This document shows positions 12,112 through 24,639 of a stretch of DNA of 64,000 nt, piece by piece (position 1 is the stretch's first letter; every line of letters starts with the position of its first letter). The translations under genes and the position numbers were made by a program. This stretch comes from Antedon mediterranea (Eukaryota > Animalia > Echinodermata). The notes under the pieces were generated by a model. The model did not search any database, had not been told where the DNA came from, and was given only the letters and a program-made list of their open reading frames with translations. Location of the stretch: the NCBI RefSeq assembly GCF_964355755.1, contig NC_092674.1, positions 16,926,001 through 16,990,000 on the forward strand. The letters run 5' to 3'.

Positions 12112-14662
12112 CTGCAGAAAAAAAAATGTATTACTGTACTGTATATCATTTATGAATATGAAATTGTTCTTTGTACTGTAATCATAAGCTTAATGGCTTA
12201 TGGCAATTCATGAATTTCATTTCTTTAGAACAAAGAAAGTTAGCAGAAACTGAGAACTGTACAGAATTATACAAAAAGTTGCAAAAGGAATAAGATAAGC
12301 ATCAGTTTGGCCTATACTAATAAGCATCTACCTTTAAACACTACTAAAATACTATCAAATGCACAAATGTAATAAAGTTTCAAAAAAAGATTTTTGCAAA
12401 AGGAATAAGACCTACTAACAAGTATCTACTTTTCAACACTACTAAAATGCTATCAAATGCAGTTATAATGTCCTTTTTTGACTATTGTAGTTGCATTTGG
12501 TCAAGTACTACTAACAATTATTTGGCCTACAAGCACCTACTTTTCGCCACACTGCTCACAAATTCCGCACGCTGTGCAAATGGGACAAGTCACGCAGTAT
12601 TAGCATTACCGCTTATGGAGTAAGAACAGTTTTCTATTTGGGCTCATGCCTATTACTTGCTCCTGGCAAGATGAAATGTAAAACGTATTTTAAGAACTTT
12701 TGCCGAATAAATATTATTATTATTATAATATTTTATTATTATTATTACCATTACCGCTCGTCTGTGTAAATTTTCCATAATGAATGCCTTAGAATGGAAG
12801 AGGTTAAATGAACATTTGAGAGAAAGCCTTCTTAAAAAAATTTGCTCCTCCTATGTAACAGATTTATTTTTAACCATAATAACCATACCCAATGTACCAG
12901 AAGGAAATCAAATAATTCATTAATAGAACAGAAATGGAATTGTGTATAAGGCAAGAGAACAATTTTATTCCATGCCACTGAAGCATGGAATGAACTCCCA
13001 AATGAAATCAAAACTAACCTAAATGAACTCTGTATTATATAACAACATTTAAGAACTTATTAAGCAACATTTAATTTGAATTAAATTTATCTTCTCCATT
13101 GTCCACTTACTTTTTACCAATATGTTAAGGGGTGTCATTTTTAGTTTATTTTTAAAATATGGTGCCATACCAAAATAATGTTCTGTCAGACAACTAATTT
13201 TCAGCAACATTAACTCTAAATGTGTGGGTGTGCAGACTATAATGGAACATAGGAATTGACTTTCTCCCCATACAGGTGCCCATAAATTCAAATGTTCTGT
13301 TATGCCAAATTAAGGGAAAGTTAGGGTAAAGGGATCATCTCAAAAGAGTAGATTAAGAGCACATGTTTTGATCGCGCATTGAGCGAGTGTTGTTCACTCG
13401 TTCAGATTTTACAGCAGTCACGTAAGCATGAAAATACAAGACAGTTCTGGCCAATTACCATTATGTACAAGAACAATTAATTCCACAGTGTAATAGCAAA
13501 GGTCATTCATTGATTACATTTTTATTTATTTCAAAGCCTGCCATCAGTAATTTGTTGAAGTTCTTTGGATGTTTTTAATGTAATCGAATAGATCGTTTAA
13601 TGTTAGGTTGGCACAAGTACTTAGGCCTAGTCAGACTCACTAGCTAGCTTAGTGAGTAGTAGTAGCAGGCTAGCTGTATTATAAAATGAAAGCAAATGTT
13701 TACAAAATAATTAAATTCTTTGTTATAAATTTCTACAAAACACATTTGCATTGAATCCTTGCTTTACAAATTCTTCATTTATTATAGACCATTTATCATA
13801 GTAGTTAAATTGATACCCTGACCCATTGTTTGGGTCGCGAAAAATATTTGATGGGTTGCGAAATCGTCTCCGATGCTGAAACTTTTTATCAATTATACAC
13901 TGATCTGTATGTGAAATTTACTCCGTTTTGTAGAATGTACAAGTTTTTTCTGTGTTGATGTAAGTAGTACACACAATTGGGAACTGAAGATGGGGGCGCG
14001 CGCCGATGGGGCACATTGACGCTTTTGGCACATAGTTCATTGTAGTAACAAGTGGGGAATCTCCTTTTAGCACCTGGATTTAATCACCTACCTGTTGGTT
14101 CCGGTTCTACGATAGAATCTTTGATGCTGCCACAGGCTTTTAATTTGATTTATAACATATGGGTTCAAGGATGTAGCCATAAATATTTCATTACTGAGTG
14201 GATAACATTACTGAGTGGATAAAGAATATCTCTTTGCACCGATCCTCTACCCTATCCCTCAACCCTAATGTTACATACAAAACACAAATTGGGAGTTTCT
14301 CTTTCGGAAGTAAATTCCAGGGTGCTAATTGTAGTTGACTACATAAATCACTGTCTATTTAGTTATCTGCACCTTGGCGGAAAACTCCTTGTGATTGTAT
14401 GAAATCATCATCAACTTTTTTTTCAGTATTATTCTTCTTTCTTTCCACCCTATATTTGTGTCGTGTTTCTCTAAAACGTGTAAACATAACATTTCGTAAC
14501 TTTGTCAACATATCGACATTTACGTGAAGTTGTGCACCTCCTATTTTTGAAAACGTAAAAGTTGCCCAACGTGACTTGTGCGCGATTTTATTTGGTCAAA
14601 GATCAATAAATTCCTCTGACTGGGTATGTTCCAATGAACATAGTATCTCTACTTTTACCTAC

Positions 14663-14827
14663 TTTCAAGTCTTTGAACAAGTTCTTTATCTTTGGCAGCT
14701 TTAATAGGTTCCATTTTAAGACCTTCATTCGGTATGTATAGTACAGTGTGGTTCTGCATTTTGTAGTGTGTATCTGTCACAGTTGCCATGAAACGATGAA
14801 GTTGTGCTGAGAAATCATTTCTTATAC
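14663..14827 (-). CDS. DNAH2: DNAH2-like coding exon 4 (IRNDFSAQLHRFMA...KDKELVQRLE)
   Basis: Translation matches my recollection of the DNAH2 N-terminal tail (HTVLYIP.E; KDKELVQRLE). AG/GT boundaries. Confidence 0.92.
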
Positions 14828-15152
14828 CTAGTCATAAAGTGTTAAGGTTTTTTTATAAAAGTATAAATGCACTCCATAAAAACTTGATGGGGATTTTTTT
14901 GGCATTATTCAGTACCAGCTACACACACTCCCTGCATGAAGATATGATGTCACATAGGACAGGAATCTTCTTTCCTGATGGAATTTAGCAGCTTGTTTAG
15001 ATATGATTAGTGGATCTAAATGTCAAGAAACAAAAACCTTTAGTTTCAGTTATTTACAATTTCATTTTACTTCAGGAATTGGAAAACATTGCATTATACA
15101 TTGTTTATATTTTATTAACTAAGTATATAACAAAAGAAATGTTAAAGGATAC
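14828..15152 (-). other. U12-type (minor spliceosome) GT-AG intron
   Basis: Donor GTATCCTTT. Branch site CCTTAAC at 14841-14847, 13 nt from the 3' end. No polypyrimidine tract. Confidence 0.88.
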
Positions 15153-15504
15153 TGTCAGGCCAAGACTTGTTTTCCATGAAAAGCGGTACATAAATACTCT
15201 GCATCAAACTTAGTAAACTTTTGATGTGACCTGGTTTCATTGTCCCATACTGCACTAACTTTGTAATGTTTGTAGAATTAATTTCAACACCAGAATCTAA
15301 CTTGATAAAGTATGCCATATCCTTGGTCATATTAGGTGGCACATTATTATTTAAGCACAATCCCATTTGAGTATCAACATATACAACTAATAGACGAGCA
15401 GTAGATGACACATTGAAAAATGTGTCTACTGTTTCATAGTGCTGTTCTGTCCAAAGGTCTGATTTCAATTCTTGTAATGTTGCTCTTGCTTTAACATATG
15501 CTCT
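15153..15504 (-). CDS. DNAH2: DNAH2-like coding exon 3 (RAYVKAR...FMENKSWPD)
   Basis: Overlaps ORF 15142..15468. Dynein tail-like sequence YVPLFMENKSWPDS. AG acceptor and GTATCCTTT donor. Confidence 0.9.
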
Positions 15505-15948
15505 CTATAAAAAAAAAATAAATAAAATTATCACATATTTTAAAGAAACCAATGAGTATGATTATTGAAATATTAAAAAAAAACCACTAAAATAATTTTC
15601 TAAACTTCCAAACATTTTTGGACAAACTTTTCCATTACAACGAAAATTAATATGCATTGCGTCGATGTAATGAAAATTGCGTCGATGAAAATTTGTAATT
15701 TTAAAAACATAATTTGATTTAAAGTACAGGTTTTTTTGATACAACTAATAAAAAAAAAATTCTGTTAGTACTATTTGCAGCATTTTTTTTTAGTACCAAC
15801 ATGTGTATAATTATTTATTTCATTCTGTAAAACGTACATCTCAGTAAAGTGGTATGGCCCTGCACTAATAATATTAAATAGGACAACAAAAAAAATTCTA
15901 TTAAAAGAAAATTATACTAAATAAAAAATAAATAAAATATTATTAATA

Positions 15949-16715
15949 CCGTAGTTCCTCGGGTATAATCCCACCTCGGGTATAATCCCACCTCGGGTAT
16001 AATCCCACCCCCGACTTTACGATTACCTTCGCACGCAAGCATATCCCCGGGCAAAGTCCCAGTGTATAATTTAACATTAGGCCATAGGTGGGCCTAGGCC
16101 TACTGTAGCTAGCTAGGCCGACGTCAATTTCTCACCCAAAAAATAGAGTAATTTCTCTGAATTTGGCTGACTTAAAACTCATCAAACATTGTTAAGTTGA
16201 ATACAAGCATGCTCCAATCGTCACGTTCTGTACATCCTTTCGCCGTGTCGTGTACATTCTTTCTTGACGCTTGATTACCGTAAAAAAAAACACCGCCCTC
16301 TATACCGATCGGCTTGTGCAGTAGAGTTTGTGTCACATGCAACAACATGCGATTTACACAGAGAGCTCGAGCGTGTGGGTGAACGTGGAGAACTCGTATG
16401 ATCGAGTTCATGTCGATTTAGGAAGCTAGGCCTAGATCACATTTTAGGGTATTTTTTAAGTAGAAATCTCGGGGAAAATCTATACGGTAGGCATAGCACA
16501 GGTAAGACCAATTAGGCCGCCTAGGCCTAGATGGCCTGGCCGTCTAATTGCTAGGCCTACATCGGAATATAGCTTTTAGATAGCAAAATCGTAGACAGAA
16601 GAAATATCGTCATTTTCAGTTCATGCAGCGGGAAATCCCCGGGTATAGTCCCACCTCCCAAATTCGGGCAAATTTCACGTACAAGGGGGGTGGGATTATA
16701 CCCGGGGAACTACGG
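15949..16715. mobile_element. Tc1/mariner (pogo-like) MITE
   Basis: TIR CCGTAGTTCC.CGGGTATAATCCCACC and its reverse complement; TA TSD; the 17-bp unit is triplicated at the left end. Confidence 0.85.
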
Positions 16716-16769
16716 TAATTGTAAAAACAATTTAAATAAAATATTTTTAAAAAAAGAGATGACAATAAA

Positions 16770-16981
16770 AGATCCTCAGTAGGAGTTGAACCAGGGACCT
16801 CAACTGTATAAGGCTGGATATAATAATCATTACCCCAAACTCACATTCACAAAGTTGTTTGTAGTGAAGATACAGCATTAGACACAAAAATAAAAAAAAA
16901 ATATATAATTTTGGGAGAAATCTTATGTAGCGGAATTTTACAGTAGGCGGAGGTATGTACTCTCGGGGTGCCCTTCTAGTT
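16770..16981 (+). mobile_element. 3' part of the same HINE-like family
   Basis: Similar to 1560-1780, including the tRNA-like segment and the ...aattttacagtaggcggaggt...ctagt end. Confidence 0.7.
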
Positions 16982-18632
16982 CTAAATGCAAAACGTCACT
17001 TCTAGTTATAAGCATTAAGTGGAAAATAATTTCCCTTCTTTGTACCTTTGATCAGAGAATTATCAACAGTTCTTTAATAATGTATTTCATAAATCACGGT
17101 TCAGCACAGTGAGTAAAACACCGTGGCCATTGACATTAATGCTCATTACAGTTAAGTTCAAATCCGCAAAATGTAAATAAAAAGAATCACCATTTAACCC
17201 TTTCACTGCGTATACCCGGTACTACCGGGTATAAACAAACGTCGTTGAAATACGTACAAAAGGTAATACCGGGTATGGGCAAAACAATGATTTAATTGTA
17301 TTTGTCTATAATATATAGCACCCTCTACATTTTTTCGATGAACTTGAATATTTTTTCAAGTCATTAAAAATTTTTTCCAGGAAAAAAAAACAGCCCCCTA
17401 TAGTTGTATTATTGTCTTGAAAATCATGCGCCCTCTATAATTATATTATATATAGTATAGTATATAATAGTATTTCTATCTTGGAAATTTGTTTTTTTGT
17501 AGCGTCATGGCGGCCATTTTGAAAGTAACAAAATTTACCCGCCCCAATAGGGCAACATCGTGTTTATCACAACACGCAAACAAAAAAATTCTGAAACAAT
17601 AGTTAGTTTTTGTACTACAGTATAGTGAATTTTTGGAAAATGTCATTATTTTCACGATTTTGCCCCAAAACTTTGATTTGTGCATAATTTTTATTACTAA
17701 ACAATTAATTATGTTTATGTCATGTTTCCGATTTGTGTCCACTTTTTTATTTTATCTTATCTATATGTACGGTATCAAATAATTCACCATGAAAAACACC
17801 CAAAATAATAGAGTTTGGACTTTCGTTCGTGTTCATGTCTAATTTCGACTACCACCACCATGTGAACTTTTTTGTGTTGATTTCAAGTCCGTAAGCAGCT
17901 GTAGTTTTATTATTCCAATACATCTTAATTCTATAAATTACCAATTCATATTTTATCATTGAAATGTTTTAAAATGCCGACTGAGTTCAACGTGCATTCC
18001 CCTCTCATGTACATGCACGCTGTTGTCACTTTCTGATGCGCACCCTAGAATAATATTCACACAGCACAATTTTTAGTGTTTCTTTTATTTTCATAAAGTC
18101 TGAACACTTACAAGCAAAGTCTAAAGTTCCATATCCAGTATTGCTTTATTTTTGAGCTTACAGATTTGAGCTTCAAAGTGAAGGGATAGTGTATATAACA
18201 AAATCAATGCCTTATACAATTTCTTTTTATTTTAATAATTTGTACTTTTATCAGAGTGCACTTTTATTATACTTACTCCTACCATGCGAAGTATATAACC
18301 ACATATTATGGCAGAAAAAGGCCGTGCAGAGTACAGGTTACTGCCTAGTCACCTATAATTTGTCTTCAGTGATTAATTAAATTCTAGTTTTTGATTATTT
18401 CAAAAGTAATACTCCTATGTGCGCTTTTATTGGGATACCTAGTATCAATATATGTATCCTGTTTTGCTCCTTATGGATTAGACAACTTTAATTAATTAAC
18501 CTACATTATTGTTTTGATCTGTAGTCTAATTTGTTGATTGTAATTTTTTTTTCTTTATTATATCACAATAAAAGTGATTCCTATGAATAAATGAAAATAA
18601 ATAAAACACATTTAAAATTTGTATTTACTTAC

Positions 18633-18751
18633 ATAATCTATTGGTTTAGGTTCCAGTTCTGGTGGAAAATCCAACTTTGTTCTGTTACTTTTTTGACATC
18701 CATGGTCATTTGAAACAAAGTTATCATCTTCAGTATATCTATTCAGATCAC
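18633..18751 (-). CDS. DNAH2: DNAH2-like coding exon 2 (DLNRYTEDD...EPKPIDY)
   Basis: ctctag acceptor, gtaagt donor, open frame, and phases that match both neighbours. Confidence 0.7.
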
Positions 18752-20024
18752 CTAGAGTATAAATGATTGTATTTTCAAGCAATTGTGATAAAACATATGT
18801 GAATTTAATTTATTAAATGCGTACTGTTTTTCCCCACACATCTGATTTTTAAAATAGGAACAATTGGGTTGCAATGTGTAAACCAACAATGCTGGATGGT
18901 AGGATATAATATAGATTGTAGGTCATAGACTAATAATAATTTTTATTTATTTTTTTGTTAAATTTCAATTCTACGCAAGTAATCGCCACTAAAATCTTAC
19001 AGAACTTAATTACTTGATTTGAACTAGATATGAAATTTGTCATTAACGAATTAGGTGGAACACGCAAATGCAACATGCACACGTTTAGAGCGCAGAGAGT
19101 TGACTATGCCATCCTTAGCCTCCTATCACCTGAAGTATGTATGTAGAATTGATTTTGTGTCATAGTATATAATAGGGACTTTACGAAACACGACGGGAAG
19201 CCATAGGACGGTGCTCATGAATAATTTATGCATGAGCTTTAACAAAATGTGCAGAGCGTGAAATTCTGTCGTCTTAACTTCTTGAACGATAAAGTTGCCA
19301 TTTTCCCATTTACGGAGAAAGACTAGAAATAATGTGTATAACCTTAACCATACAGTTCAAGTTACACTTAAACGTGGAATTTTAAAAACTGTAAATAATA
19401 TTTTAACTTCTAATTTAACTGTTTAATGAAATAACATTTTATTGGGTTAAAGTGGCTGTGTTAAAAGTGGGGTTTGAATGCGAGGCCAAGCTAGGAAAGC
19501 TAGGCCTATGCTGTATCACCAGAGCCAAGCGATTAAAGGGCCCCGCGCCATGAGACAGGGGAGGGATCGGAGAGATATACTGCCGGTTGTGTTGTCTTCG
19601 CAAAGGGGTGCATAAAATAAAGGGCGTGCGAACAATTTTGGCCTTTACAGTATATGAATTCATATCTACAATTCGACAGCTTTCATATACGGTTCAGTGT
19701 TCTCCCCAGGCCTTTGAAGCGTCGTGGTACCGTGATGCTTGGGTTCTCTACCATAGCGGTTTATGGTCGGCCGTGCCGCTTAAAACCTTATCCATGACCC
19801 TTAAAAACATCAACCACAACCAATCAAAAAATAGATTAATAACAGGTACTTTCTAGATCTGAGGAATCTGACACATGCCATGTCTCTCTTTCGATCTCTA
19901 GTTTTAATTGGATCGGTGAAATTTACTCTTTCGTCGGAAAGTATGCACATCATCAAAGGCGCAATTCATTTGCTAGTTGCTTTGATCATATAATATTGTG
20001 CATTCCAATCAAGAAGGTTAAATT

Positions 20025-20435
20025 TGTTGTTTGCTAGCGCGCTATGACATTTCCTGCCAACTAGATGTGTCCTACTGATGGGGGACTACCTCCTGACGTT
20101 CGCATTGATTGATTAGTTCTTATCACGTATGTTTACCGGCGGAAAAGGTAGGCTACGATCATTTTGATGTTTGCTAGCATGCTATAAAATGTGGTTTCCG
20201 ACTACCTAGAGTTCCCCCTTACGTTCGTAATGAACGCTAAAAAAGTTTCTTATCGCGTATGTTTACAGGCAGAATAGTAGGCTTCGATCGTTTTGCTGTT
20301 TTTTTCATTGGGGATTTCCCCTTGACATTCGTAATGAACGCAAAAAATGTTTCTTATCGCGTATGTTTAACAGCGGAAAAAGGCTACGATCGTTTTGCTG
20401 TTTGCTAGCTCGCTACGGAGTCTCGTTTCCGGCCA
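20025..20435 (+). repeat. Degenerate tandem repeat, about 3 units of roughly 110-130 bp
   Basis: Recurring ttcttatc.cgtatgttta...ggct.cgatc.ttttg.tgtt. Confidence 0.6.
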
Positions 20436-20462
20436 AACTAGGTGTCATTCAACATGTATTTT

Positions 20463-20990
20463 ACTTTCGTATGCACTTTGAGGTCCAGAGAATTTGACTA
20501 CATGAATTGGTTTAGGGTGGTCAAACAATCATTTTTTGGCTTGGTTACACATTTTGAAAATGTGGCAAAAGGTCAAAAAGTCAGGGTGAAAGGTTATAAG
20601 ACCGAACACCAATAGGTCCTTATATCTCGACAAAAATTTTGGTCTCAAATTGATCAGAAGGTACACATTTATATTCAGTCTAATGGGACATCTTAGTCAG
20701 AAATGACCGGAAATACCATTTCTGACCCATGGCATGTATGTATCTCTGTAAGTAACTACTGGTCGTAGACACTTGAATTTGGTCTTAAATTGTTCGAAAT
20801 ATATATTTTTTTATTTCTTACACATTTTGAAAAATGTTACAATAGTCAAAGGGTCAATGATTACATAAACAAATATAAATAGGTACTTGTATCTCGGCAA
20901 CCACTGGTCGCAGAAAGTGGTCTCAAAATGTTCAGAAGGCATGCATTCATATTCAGTCTAATGTGGCATTATTTAGTCAAAAATGATCAT
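20463..20990 (+). repeat. Dispersed repeat, copy 2
   Basis: Matches 3322-3690 and carries additional subrepeats. Confidence 0.7.
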
Positions 20991-21094
20991 ATCATCATAT
21001 AAAATAATTATTATATTATAAAATAATTATAAATAATACTTGACAAAATTCTCAACCGACCGACTTCTAAGCTAGTCTCATTGTTTTTTTTTAC

Positions 21095-21206
21095 CATTTT
21101 CCTGTATTGGTGTAGCACTGTTAGATTTTGATTGCTCAAATGTTCCTAAATCTGGATCTGCCCCTTTTGGTACAGGTGAATCCATCTTTGAATCTTCTGT
21201 AGACAT
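21095..21206 (-). CDS. DNAH2: Dynein heavy chain (DNAH2-like), first coding exon (MSTEDSKMDSP...QENG)
   Basis: ATG at 21206, just after an acceptor (ttccag, AG at 21209-21210). GT donor at 21093-21094. The phase-1 end joins the next exon in frame. This N-terminus is not recognisably conserved; the call rests on splice signals and phase. Confidence 0.65.
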
Positions 21207-21619
21207 TTCTGGAAAATAAAAAAAATGTTCAGATAAACAATGGTATTGGTGGCAGTCATAGTGTTAATCAACTATCAAGTGGATCAATATACCAATATAA
21301 AACGGAACACAATACATATACAAATGTTTACTGGGATGAGGAGCATTGTTAAAAATATAGCCCAAGGTCATCTGGTGACTATATTATCTCCCGATCCAGA
21401 TCACTGAGCCCAGTAAATATTTGTTTTATACACCATACCACACAATTCGGTTGTAGGCTAGGCCGAAGCGAACGCATAACATGGACTTGGTTGGAGTAGG
21501 CCTAGCTAGTGGCATGCACAGTTCATCATTCATTCACCGAGGAGAAGCAACATCATCAAATTAGTCGCTTCCAGATAAACAACAATTTTCCCAAAATACT
21601 TTATTTGTTTCTTCATATT

Positions 21620-21835
21620 TTAACTGGCAACTAAACTTACTACATTCAGTCTAAGTTAGCTACATCTACACAAGTTTTAAATACCATCGTAGGCTAGCAA
21701 CACAATCGTCGTTGAAAGATGCCGGAATATAACATTAACATAAAGTATATCATTTCATCCTTTTAAATAATCTTTTGAGATGACCTGGAATTGTGTAACC
21801 AGAGTCCGGAAATGCAAGCTGGTGTAAACAACATA
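21620..21835 (-). promoter_or_regulatory. Candidate non-coding first exon and ciliary promoter of the dynein gene
   Basis: gtaagttt donor at 21633-21640; RFX X-box-like half-sites (ctggcaac about 21624, ctagcaac about 21694); forkhead-like TGTAAACAA about 21823. Confidence 0.3.
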
Positions 21836-24639
21836 AAAAATTCGCTAACCCACCCAGGTAATGTGGAATGTATTTAGCTTCAAGTCAACCCGGGACGAAC
21901 CTGTGTATTCGCGGTTTAAACAGTCCCGCATATGTTTTCCTCGGTTGGTTGGTTGCTTTCCTCGCTCACTATACTGTTCAGTCAATTTTGCAACTACAGA
22001 AAATTATGGCCATAGAACTAGCTGGTAGGTGACATCTAGATCAGTTTAATTGATAAAAAATGTCAGCATCAGAAACGTTTTTTTTTTACCCGCAACTCAT
22101 AATTTGCGGAACGGTGGTTTACAACATAATGGTCTGATCTACCGATTTCTGCTGTCGGATTCTTATAAAAGTCATTAAGTGATGGCGAAATGTAAATAAG
22201 GTCCAAAATACATTCTTTGATTTAATTCTTAAGTATATTGGTATCTTCCATTTTATATGTTGTAATACATGTATTGACAGAAATACATCGTCATAATATG
22301 GCCACTCAAGGATTTTTTTCTCACTTGTACTAGTTAATAAAATTTATTAGAGTGCATCTCGCTTATCCGTTCCCTATTTTCTCCAAGATTTTAATATTTT
22401 TTTTACTCAATCAATTCTCTTTTACATGAGACATAATTGTATGACGTCATCATATGGCCAGTTGAATTAAAAAAGTCGGATTTTCATCTTTTTCGTAAAA
22501 AGTTAATAAATTCTTCAAATGGGTCTCATAATTTCTTCTATTCTACACTGTATATATTATACAGCAGTGTAAATACTCCATATATTTACTTCATGCTGTT
22601 CACATGTGCATGTTTTTGAAATATAGTTTATTATATCATTTGCCAATCTGTAAACATTTTCGCCCATGGCATGGTGTCCAATTTTCTTCCAAATCTTATA
22701 TATTTTTGCTGAAATCATATCTTCTGAAATTTTCATCTTCTTGTTTGATTTTCATCATCATCATACCAAAAAATCAACATATGTGGGTTCCATAATTTCA
22801 CCTGCTACAATGTACGGTATTATTATAGATACAGTACTGTATATACACACAGCAGGCAAAGAACATTAATTCTAAACCGCCCGGTGATATACTGAAATTT
22901 AATTAATTAATTTGAAACGATAAAGATGAGGAAATACAGTACTGTATATAGATATACAGTACTGTATATACAGTATTGTATACTGTAAACCCCAACATTT
23001 TCGCGCAGCCTTTATTTTCGCGACTTTTTGCATTTTTGCGCACACCACAGATACGTAAAGTGGGAAGACCATTTTTGCAATTAATTTTTCATCAAAAATA
23101 CGCGCGATTGTCCAATTTGACGTGCTCGTATGCCATGATTTTAAGTCGAAATTGTTTAAAAGTTAGTAAAATTACTAGAAAAGGCTGGAAAAACATAATT
23201 CAAGCAAAAACAATATGTCTTTAACGCTACGTGCACACCACGTGCATGAAAATTTGCGCATGCATGGACATTTTTACATGCTTAAAATGAAATGAAACAC
23301 ATAGAAATTGATTTTTCGCATATTTCATTTTTAAACGCGTAACTTTCTGTGTAACAATATAACATGCCATTTTTTTTCAACAAAAATTTAGCGCATGATA
23401 TAAATTATACTTTTGCTAAGTTTCAATTTAAAATTGTTGTTTCGTTTTTGTAAGTCACATTGTGCAATTGTAAATGTCATCAATGAAAATGTTAGCTGCA
23501 CAACTTGATGATATGTTGAGAAAGTTCCAAAATATTATTGCAAGTTTTAGAGATACGCGAGACACAAAAACTAAACTAGAGAGTAAGAATTTGTTACTGT
23601 ATTTTCTTGCCTAATAAAATCTGAAAACTAGCCTATTTATTTTGCTTTATATCAATTATCATTTACTAGATAGTATGCTCGCTTCGCTCGCGTACCATCT
23701 AGGTCGTGCCCACAGATGCTTCTCGAATACATATAATAGTGATTTCAGCGTTAAAAAACTGGCGACTTCAAATGTACATGCAGGACTCGACAATAATACA
23801 TGTCGTTTACAGGAACGAATAAATAGACACAGTGATTTATTATGTACTAAACTAAAATTAGCACACTGGGAATTACTTCCGAAAGAGAAACTTGTCACAA
23901 AATAAGACCAATTGTTTTGTAACAAACTGAATTTGTATTTTGTATGTAACATTATGGTTGATAGATGGGGAAGAGGATGGGTGTGCAAAGACGAAAATTT
24001 TTTTAATGTATTCTTTATCCATTTAGGCCTAGGCCTAGGCCTAGTAACGAAATATTAATTGTTTTCATGTTTTACAAATAATATACACTAAACACAGTAA
24101 AACATTGCGATTTAATACTTTGTTGAAACTGTCACCGTCATAGTCGATTGAAAATACTTAGTACAGTACATGTAACGATACATCACTAATACGACGTTTA
24201 TATTTTTTTGTAATTATATTATTAATGCCTAAAAATCCCGCCTAGCCTAGCCCTATACTAGCCTATCTATAGGCCTAGCTAGGTAGGCCTCTAATAGCTA
24301 GTAATAGGCCTAGCCTACAAAAGAATTCTTATTAGGGCCTACCCTAGGCCTACCTTTTTTTCTCACAAACACTTTTATAAAAAAATAAAATAACTGTGTG
24401 TGGTTTAAATAAACGAACTGCAGTGCAGCGTTTAGAGAGAGAAGATGGGGCTAGCCTTTTTAGGCCTAGCTAGGTCCCGGCTTATACAATCTTTCGATGA
24501 TAAACACACTTTACTGCGCCTCTCTCTCCTAGCAACCGCCGACGATGTAGGGTAGATGTATTTTCGGATCACGGCCGGGCAGTTGTTTTGGTGGTGGTAC
24601 GCTGTTGGTAAATAGAGACGTACGTACAGGTATAATATT

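Noticed and set aside
17194-17290. piggyBac-like end TTAA-CCCTTT
   Set aside because: I could not find a matching opposite terminus or a transposase remnant.
22437-23988. Short ORFs upstream of the dynein gene as a divergent gene
   Set aside because: There are no recognisable motifs or exon chain; part of the region resembles the interior of the HINE at 29461.
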